The notes under the pieces were generated by a model. It saw nothing but the letters and a program-made list of their open reading frames with translations. It did not search any database and was not told the DNA's origin. 32,000 nucleotides of DNA from Candidatus Kuenenia stuttgartensis (GTDB lineage Bacteria > Planctomycetota > Brocadiia > Brocadiales > Brocadiaceae), in NCBI RefSeq assembly GCF_900232105.1, contig NZ_LT934425.1, positions 2,310,001 through 2,342,000 of the forward strand, written 5' to 3'. The position numbers and the translations under genes are program-made. This document shows, piece after piece, positions 25,268 through 32,000 of the stretch. Within the stretch, counting starts at the first letter, position 1, and each line of letters starts with the position of its first letter.

Positions 25268-27766
25268 CTATGCCAGCTTAGGGTCTTTTCGGTATACCGC
25301 TAAATAAATGCATGATGGGATTATTAGAATAAACGCGGAGAGGGAAATTATCATGCCTATGACAAAAGATTTTGGTTCGTACAAAAACCTGACGATGTGT
25401 TCTCCTTTTTCAAGGAAGACAGACCGTATCACGTAATCTGTTTTATATATCCTGCTCCTCCTGCCGTCCACATAGGCATTCCATCCCGGATAATACGTAT
25501 CGCCCAGGACAAGGTATCCATCTTCCGCAAGAGACGCCTTAATTGTTACACTGTTTGGCGTATACTCAAGTATTTCCGGCAATGGTTCGTTTCGTATGTT
25601 TTGCAATCCGGCAGTGCGGACAGGCGGTAATGGTTCTTCTACAATAATATATTCTTCCGGTTGAAATTCATCGCCTGAAAGTTCCTTAAATATTGCATCT
25701 CTGCCATGAAGTTCCTTTGCCTTCCGGACAATAAAAGCGCGCGGCAGTGCATGTGTGTTTTCAAAAATGGCGTATTTTGCGTCATTGTATAATAATGTAA
25801 AACCCGGATGATTTATTCTTGCGTTTGAGGGAAGAAGTAGATATTTCACATTTAGGAGGTTGGTAAGTTTTGAAATGTTAGATACCTCCATTACTATGTT
25901 TGGCTGTTCAATGGGTTTTCCGCTTAACAGATTAACAAACTCGCTGTATTCCTTTATCACATTGGCGTCGTATCCTCCTATATTTGCAATATAGTGCGCC
26001 ATGCCCTGATTCAACTCAAAATGTCCGATCGTTGTTATGCGGGACGGGCGAGGGTCTTTCTTCAAGACATCGGTTACTTCTTTATTCCAAAAACAATCCT
26101 GAAGATCGAATGTGACCATATAGCGGTTTCCAAACATCCACAAATCTCCAAATAGCAAGGCGATTGTAAGAGGAATAAGCACCTTCTTATTGAATCGTCC
26201 GTTTATCCATAATCCGACAATAAGCAGGCTGAGTATTGCCAGTATTATAACTTTTATAGCACTCTTCCTGGCTACGGCAAAGGTCGTTTGCAGAAAATTG
26301 GCATTATTCAGACCAGGCAGCGTTGTGTAGCGGTCGCCCCATGAGTAAATTTTGAGGATAATCGCATGCCATGCGCCAAATCCCGCGTTAAACAAAAAGA
26401 ATATGATAAAAAACATGCTTATTGCGGCAACTATGCCAATAGCAATTATAAGGAGGAATTTTGTCTGCTTTTTCATGGAAAAAACATTTTGTAAATATTC
26501 CATCCCAAACCCGGCAAGCACGGAGAGAGAAAAGGCAACGATGAATATAAACTTGGAATTCCCCCGAAACATGTTAAACCCGGGCACAACAGCATAGAGT
26601 ACTTTGAAGATAGGGATAAATTTGCCCAGAGCAAGGATTGTTGTTATTAATGCTATAATTAAAAAAATCCTGGTATATTTGCTTTTAAAATTGAATGCGG
26701 CAATGCTGCATAGCATCAGTGAAGGGATTCCCAGATATAACGACATTTCCCATAGATAGCATCGTCCCCAATACGGCGCATTAAACAAATCGCCAAAGAA
26801 ATCGGGGATAAAGAGGGTAATAAAGTTTTCAGGTAAAAAAGAAAACTGCCCCACCCATTCATACGTGAGTGTTTGCCTGGTGGAGTGCTTCACCATTTCA
26901 AAGGCAGGGAGCAATTGTATCGAAGAAAGAAGGGCGCCTGTAGTATAAATGACAAAAATGCCGGCAAATGAATAACCCGCCCACCTCCCGTTTTTGTGTC
27001 CGGCAAACTCTTGCAGAATACGCACGATAAAGTACAGCGATACGGCAATTGCCGTATAAAAGAAATACTGGGGATGCCCTGCCAATATATTGCAGGCAAC
27101 GGCAACGCCTCCGGCAAGTGCATACAAAAGATTTCTGGTTCGGATAAAAAGCTCAGAAAACAAGAGGATAAGCGGCAGCCATATCATGGTGCACAGATTT
27201 GGCAGGTGCCCGGGATAGACGTGAAATATCTGCGGAGCACAAAACATAAAGATAATGGCAGAAATTATGCAGCTTGTCCGGGATAGCCCGCCTGCCTCTC
27301 TGCTCTTCAAAGGAGATGCACCCTGCCTTTCTGCTCCGGAAAAACGAAGATATTTCATGTAGAGATAGGTGAACACTCCGGACAAAAATACGTGCAGGAT
27401 GATGCTGTAATTAATTGCAACATTAATGGGAAATAGGAGAAAAATAAGATTAAGCGGATAAAACAATGCGGACTGTATGCCGCCAACGAAGGGCGATCCG
27501 CTATAAATATAAGGATTCCAAAGGGGCAGTGTACCCTTTGCCAGCGTATCAAAACCAAAATACCTCCAATAAAAGAGCTGATGGCGGGTATCAGTATTTT
27601 GGTCACTCAGTATGCTGGTATCAAAGGGGATAACGACCTTGTGAAAGTATGCCAGGGTAAGGAGAAACAGGAGAAGGATGGCATACCAGTCATATTTCGA
27701 CCAGGCTTCAGATGGGTTTGTAATTAAAATCGAAGCTGAATAATTGCTGTAGTTCTTGTTTAGCAT
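25268..27766 (-). CDS. YfhO-family multi-pass membrane protein
   Basis: 832 aa: N-terminal DTRHQLFYWRYFGFDTLAKGTLPLWNPYIYSGSPFVGGIQSALFYPLNLIF, many TM helices, C-terminal GYLVLGDTYYPGWNAYVDGRRSRIYKTDYVIRSVFLEKGEHIVRFLYEP. Confidence 0.88.
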   Translation of the reverse strand: MLNKNYSNYSASILITNPSEAWSKYDWYAILLLFLLTLAYFHKVVIPFDTSILSDQNTDTRHQLFYWRYFGFDTLAKGTLPLWNPYIYSGSPFVGGIQSALFYPLNLIFLLFPINVAINYSIILHVFLSGVFTYLYMKYLRFSGAERQGASPLKSREAGGLSRTSCIISAIIFMFCAPQIFHVYPGHLPNLCTMIWLPLILLFSELFIRTRNLLYALAGGVAVACNILAGHPQYFFYTAIAVSLYFIVRILQEFAGHKNGRWAGYSFAGIFVIYTTGALLSSIQLLPAFEMVKHSTRQTLTYEWVGQFSFLPENFITLFIPDFFGDLFNAPYWGRCYLWEMSLYLGIPSLMLCSIAAFNFKSKYTRIFLIIALITTILALGKFIPIFKVLYAVVPGFNMFRGNSKFIFIVAFSLSVLAGFGMEYLQNVFSMKKQTKFLLIIAIGIVAAISMFFIIFFLFNAGFGAWHAIILKIYSWGDRYTTLPGLNNANFLQTTFAVARKSAIKVIILAILSLLIVGLWINGRFNKKVLIPLTIALLFGDLWMFGNRYMVTFDLQDCFWNKEVTDVLKKDPRPSRITTIGHFELNQGMAHYIANIGGYDANVIKEYSEFVNLLSGKPIEQPNIVMEVSNISKLTNLLNVKYLLLPSNARINHPGFTLLYNDAKYAIFENTHALPRAFIVRKAKELHGRDAIFKELSGDEFQPEEYIIVEEPLPPVRTAGLQNIRNEPLPEILEYTPNSVTIKASLAEDGYLVLGDTYYPGWNAYVDGRRSRIYKTDYVIRSVFLEKGEHIVRFLYEPKSFVIGMIISLSAFILIIPSCIYLAVYRKDPKLA

Positions 27767-27941
27767 TTGTTCTTTATTTATGGGCGTAGTATATTATTTA
27801 GGGTCTTCTAAGTTTTGTGTGGGTAAATTTTCAGTATAGTTCTTTCTCAATACCATAAGGAATAATGTTTTCCGGGTAAAATAAGACTACAAAAAGCTGT
27901 ACGTGCAGGTTTATACTATTCAGGCAAGAGAATGGGGTATT

Positions 27942-28240
27942 CATGAAAACCTGTAAAATCTTATCAGGATTATATTCACATTCTGGATTTCGATCTCGAA
28001 GTAAATTAACTGGTGTTTATGGTGATCCGTATGCGATGGTCATCAAACTGGTACGCCGACAAAAAAAACGTTTGCTCTGTTTGTCATACACCATCAAAGA
28101 CATATTACGATAGCGAAATCAAACGGGCGATAGACTTTTCGAGCGGCGCATTTAGAATCTACGTTGAATTTGAATACCGCCGTGTGTTTTGCAAGAAATG
28201 TATGCCATGAAAGTAGAAACGTTGTCATGGCTTGCCTCGA
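27942..28240 (+). pseudogene. Degenerate N-terminal remnant of an ISL3-like transposase
   Basis: ORF 28013..28210 has NVCSVCHTPSKTYYDSEIKRAIDF...YVEFEYRRVFCKKC (zinc-finger N-terminus pattern); a KVETLSWLASN-like continuation is frameshifted. Confidence 0.5.
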
Positions 28241-28341
28241 ATACTTGAAATACCCAGTTTCCTGATTCAACAGTTGCCAATATTTGATGCGGAATTTTGT
28301 TTCCAAGTGTTGCAATGTCATAATGCTATGTTACGCCCTCA

Positions 28342-28498
28342 CTAGTATAACGTTTCATTAAAATATCTACATTGATACCGTCATTGCTAGCGACAGCGAA
28401 GCACTCTTAAGTCTTTTGGGAACAAGAGATTGCTTCGCCGCTCCACTCCTCGCAATGACATTTTTTTACGTACACATTTTAACGAAACGATGTACTAG
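28342..28498. repeat. 157-bp inverted-repeat (MITE/ERIC-like) element
   Basis: Ends CTAGTATAACGTTTCATTAAAAT (28342-28364) and ATTTTAACGAAACGATGTACTAG (28476-28498) are imperfect inverted repeats; the inner arms are CGTCATTGCTAGCGACAGCGAAGC and TTGCTTCGCCGCTCCACTCCTCGCAATGAC. Confidence 0.8.
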
Positions 28499-28580
28499 CC
28501 TTAACAAGGACGCTTTCCAATTCTAAATCTTCTGTAATCCTATCAAAGACATCAATATCATTATTTTTTTCATATCAATC

Positions 28581-28882
28581 GTAACTATTCAGCGTAAACG
28601 ATACACGGCTCGTTCCCAAACCTTGTACTGAGCATAGTGAAGTATCTGTTTGGGAATGCATTTGTTCGGGAAACTCCGGTTTCTCGCCTGTTTGCTGATA
28701 GATAGGGAATAAAATCACAGGGTTAAGACAGTTTGCAATTTGTCAAGTCAGACCCTCACTGGAAACAAAGTTTTCAGTGCAATTACGTTCCCAAACAGAT
28801 ACTTCACTATGTTCAGTACAAGGTTTGGGAACGAGTTGCGCTCTGATCTCCGGTAGTTTAATAAATTACGCTGAATAGTTAC
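28581..28882. mobile_element. 302-bp MITE-like element with 8-bp target duplication
   Basis: Terminal repeats GTAACTATTCAGCGTAA / TTACGCTGAATAGTTAC flanked by TATCAATC at 28573-28580 and 28883-28890; internal 48-bp inverted blocks 28609-28656 and 28788-28835 differ at one position. Confidence 0.9.
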
Positions 28883-28922
28883 TATCAATCTCTTTCCCAG
28901 TCACTGTAAAAGGCAGCCGGAT

Positions 28923-29555
28923 TTAAAAATAAGGATTATGTTTCTTTTCTTTACCAATTGTGGTAACGGGGCCGTGTCCGGGGTATACCAATACGTGGTC
29001 TTCCAAGGTGAATAAGCGGGTTTTTACTGAGTTAATCAGCGTATCGTGAGAGCCTCCGTAAAGGTCTGTCCTTCCAACAGAACCTGCAAACAATGTATCT
29101 CCTGCAAAAATTGCGTTATTAAAAAGGAAACACACGCAGCCGGGGGAATGCCCGGGGGTATGGATTATGCGTATTACTTCATCTCCGAGGGGGAGTTCTT
29201 CGTTATCAATGAGGTAGCGGTCTACTTTGGGTTTGGGAATCGGGGGTAATCCAAAATAATTTGACTGTTCGTCAAGAAAGTCAAGAAGCGGGACGTCTCC
29301 CTGATGAAGTAAAAATGGTGCGCCTGTTAAAGCATGAAGCTCGCTTACCCCGCCGACATGGTCAAAATGTGCATGAGTATTGATAATGTATTTCAGGGTA
29401 AGGTTTTGTTTTTTGAGGATTTCAACAATTTCTTTCACATTGCCGCCTGCATCTATTACTGCGGCAGTATTATCTGACCTGGAACCGATAATGTAACAAT
29501 TAACCGATAATGGGCCAACTTCTAATGTCTCAAATATTATATCCGGTGATTTCAT
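28923..29555 (-). CDS. MBL-fold hydrolase (glyoxalase II-like)
   Basis: IINTHAHFDHVGG, IIRTPGHSPGCVCF, FAGDTLFAGSVGRTDLYGG, VYPGHGPVTTIGKEKKHNPYF. Confidence 0.93.
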   Translation of the reverse strand: MKSPDIIFETLEVGPLSVNCYIIGSRSDNTAAVIDAGGNVKEIVEILKKQNLTLKYIINTHAHFDHVGGVSELHALTGAPFLLHQGDVPLLDFLDEQSNYFGLPPIPKPKVDRYLIDNEELPLGDEVIRIIHTPGHSPGCVCFLFNNAIFAGDTLFAGSVGRTDLYGGSHDTLINSVKTRLFTLEDHVLVYPGHGPVTTIGKEKKHNPYF

Positions 29556-29797
29556 CAGCAGGAAAAACGCGCCTTGTAATAGAATGGAAAGGTCTTGCTG
29601 TTAAAAGAGGTATTTTCTTCCAAATTATTTACATCGATAGCTTCTCTGGCAAAAGTGCTGTGGCATGTTTTGCAGTTCCACAATTCGCGGCCTTTAAATA
29701 ATCCCTTTTGCCTTTGCATGCCAAAGAAAATAAAATTCGTCCCTTTACAATGAGGACACACAAATATTTTCTGCTTCAACTCTTTTTCTGCTATCAT
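29555..29797 (-). CDS. Small zinc-ribbon protein
   Basis: 80 aa with CPHCKGTNF...LWNCKTCHSTF; overlaps the start of the downstream MBL hydrolase by 1 nt. Confidence 0.6.
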   Translation of the reverse strand: MIAEKELKQKIFVCPHCKGTNFIFFGMQRQKGLFKGRELWNCKTCHSTFAREAIDVNNLEENTSFNSKTFPFYYKARFSC

Positions 29798-30100
29798 TGC
29801 TCCCTCCCTCCTGAAATTATTTCCCGCAAACTTTATAGTATTTAATACGTATAATCAACAAAAAACCTTTTTATATTTTTCCTTGAACAAAGGAAAGTTG
29901 CACACTTTATCTAATGGGGAAATTAGCGGGGCTTTTATGTGCTTTAAAACACCCCTGTACCGTAAATAACTCATTATTAGTAGAGTATCTGACTGTTTTG
30001 GTTATTATACATTGATTCTTTTTGTTTGTTTCATAATGAAAATACCATCTTTATCTTTCATTCCCATGTAATCGGGCATCCGGAAATGTGGATCGGCAAT

Positions 30101-30313
30101 TCATGGATTTACACTACCGGATTCCTGCCTTCGCAGGGATGATATTTTCGATCCCTCTTGTATTTTTGTGAGGCAGGTATGCTGCCTTTTATTAAGCAAC
30201 AGCTTGTTTTTTGTTGTCATAAAAGTTTTCATTTCGCTGTAACAATCATCGCAACCATAAGGGTATTCAATACAGACAGAACAATTTTTTTTGCTATACT
30301 TTTTCATGAACAA
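30101..30313 (-). CDS. Short Cys-rich hypothetical protein
   Basis: 70 aa with CSVCIEYPYGCDDCYSEM; only ORF evidence. Confidence 0.3.
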   Translation of the reverse strand: MFMKKYSKKNCSVCIEYPYGCDDCYSEMKTFMTTKNKLLLNKRQHTCLTKIQEGSKISSLRRQESGSVNP

Positions 30314-31140
30314 TTCACTCCTCTTTTATTCAATTAAATAACTATCGGTGATGAATGTTTATAAAAATTCTGATATCACTTTTCGCAATTATAGTGCCCG
30401 AAGAATGTATTCATATGCGTATGTTGAAAAATGGATACATTTTTCCCGGGAAAAACCAGAAACTGTGGGGATATAAAGTACATCAAAAAAACAATTTATG
30501 TATTTAAAAACTATTATGAGATGGTAATAAAAATAGTTAAGGATTGTTTTTGCGGGAATCAAGCCTTTCCTCTTAAAAAAGGTGTTAATTTCGCTTTTTT
30601 CAGGCAAAAATTTCAATGAATATTCTGTAAGTATTTATTTTAATAAGCGTTACATGAATGATGCAAATTTTGCCATGGTCTTAATTATTAGACAAGGGTT
30701 TCTAAGGAGGGGCAATATTTTCAGGGTATTGGCGCAAAAAATGCGTTTTGTGACAAAGGCGATATAATCAATGTAATGTGCATTTATAACATAGGTCGGG
30801 AATTTTTAGATAGGCGAATAGATCAAATTATCACGACAGCGACATTTTATTCTTACATCCTGCGCAAGAATATGATAGGTTTTCACTCATAAGGTGTGAG
30901 TAAAATTTATTAGACAGTAATGTGGATTAAGTGACAGCAAATACACAGTTCCTTCATTATTATTGATGGATTCGATGCGAAAAAAACCGCTCCTTAATCA
31001 ACCCTACCCGGGAAATAAAAATGTTGCAGCAATGTTGTTTAGTACCTTAAGAGTTATAGCCAAACAAATATGATTTTAGAAATTTGGCGATAAAATGGCT
31101 TTCTAAAAAACAGATTTATTTGACTAAGCATATTATCAAA

Positions 31141-31180
31141 CACACCCCAGTCCCCTCTAAAAAGAGGGGACTGGGGTGTG
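31141..31180 (-). terminator. Hairpin downstream of gyrB
   Basis: CACACCCCAGTCCCCTCT-AAAA-AGAGGGGACTGGGGTGTG, perfect 18-bp stem, 30 nt beyond the gyrB stop codon. Confidence 0.75.
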
Positions 31181-31209
31181 TAAATTTTTCGAAAACATTA
31201 TTTGTTTGA

Positions 31210-32000
31210 CTATATATCTAAATTTCGTACTTCCAGGGCATGTTTTTCTATAAATTCCCTTCTTCTTTGAACGTCTTTGCCGGCTAAGGTGCTGAAAATG
31301 GAATCTGCTTTTGCCGCATCCTCAACTTTTACTTTCAGCAACGTTCTTGTATTGAAGTTCATGGTTGTTTCCGCCAGTTCTTCTGCGTTCATTTCTCCCA
31401 AACCTTTATAACGCTGGATCTCCATGCCTTTCCTTGCGATTTCCCTTATTTTTTCCAGTATTTCATTAAGAGAGAATGCATTAATCTCTGATTCGCCGGC
31501 TATTAATTTGTATTTTGGTTTCTCATCATTTTGTCCGCGAAAATATTCATCTATTGTAAAGCCAAAACCCTCTATCAGATTGATTGTTTTTTCAATTTCC
31601 TTGCATTCGTGATATTCAATTACCTCGATTGCCCCGCCTTCTCCTTTTTCTTTCTCATCAGCCATATCATCTTCTTCCAGGATTTCCAGTTCTTTTCCTT
31701 CTTTTTGTTGTTTCTCTTTTATGTACGCTTCCAGATCCTCTTCCGAAGAAAGATACGTTATTTTGTCTTTGTATGTTACTTTATAATAAGGCAGTTTTCC
31801 CGTTTCCTTGTTTCTCAGCGACAAAAATTTTCTAAGAGAGACACCCTTTTTGCTTAAAAATTTAATGTGCTCTTCCATCTGAACAAGGAGTGGCAATAGT
31901 TTTTCCAGCGTTTGGCTGTCGAGCGTCTCTTTTTTATCACTGCATATTTCCATTACCGTTCCTTCTATGCCGAACGTGATTAATTTTTTTTGCAGTCCCT
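31210..32000 (-). CDS. gyrB: DNA gyrase subunit B, C-terminal part (gene continues beyond the window)
   Basis: [38 protein letters not shown]...[16 protein letters not shown]; frame open upstream of the called ATG ([16 protein letters not shown]) to the window edge. Confidence 0.93.
   Translation of the reverse strand, partial: GLQKKLITFGIEGTVMEICSDKKETLDSQTLEKLLPLLVQMEEHIKFLSKKGVSLRKFLSLRNKETGKLPYYKVTYKDKITYLSSEEDLEAYIKEKQQKEGKELEILEEDDMADEKEKGEGGAIEVIEYHECKEIEKTINLIEGFGFTIDEYFRGQNDEKPKYKLIAGESEINAFSLNEILEKIREIARKGMEIQRYKGLGEMNAEELAETTMNFNTRTLLKVKVEDAAKADSIFSTLAGKDVQRRREFIEKHALEVRNLDI

Noticed and set aside
28013-28210. Functional zinc-finger gene
   Set aside because: The translation matches only the N-terminal pattern of ISL3-like transposases and is frameshifted soon after, so it was treated as a remnant.

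Overview
The window looks like accessory DNA from a bacterial chromosome; gene content is compatible with an anammox-type planctomycete, but that is only an inference. Contents, left to right: the end of a VapBC toxin-antitoxin pair; an MBL-fold hydrolase; a pentapeptide-like protein; an HD-GYP-type gene split by an IS1634-like transposase; an MscS-like channel; and a glycoside-hydrolase-like/Ig-domain gene split by a second IS1634-like element with recognisable inverted ends. Next is a three-level nest of mobile elements (~12.1-18.36 kb), then a cbb3 oxidase/assembly operon with fused ccoNO and a short ccoS missing from the ORF track. The right part holds a YfhO-family membrane protein, a degenerate ISL3-like remnant, two compact inverted-repeat (MITE-like) elements, a second MBL hydrolase with a zinc-ribbon partner, and the 3' end of gyrB. 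The strongest discovery is in the nest. A transposon of ~3.8 kb (after subtracting its passenger IS) has TGCTA...TAGCA ends and is flanked by a 6-bp duplication, ACTGGG, inside an IS110 transposase gene. It carries a DDE/Mu-C-type transposase with a frame break, an ExeA/TnsC-like AAA ATPase, a CHC2 (primase-like) zinc-finger protein and a second zinc-ribbon protein. An IS4-family element, with its own 11-bp duplication, lies 10 bp inside its left end. No tRNA, rRNA or CRISPR array was recognised.
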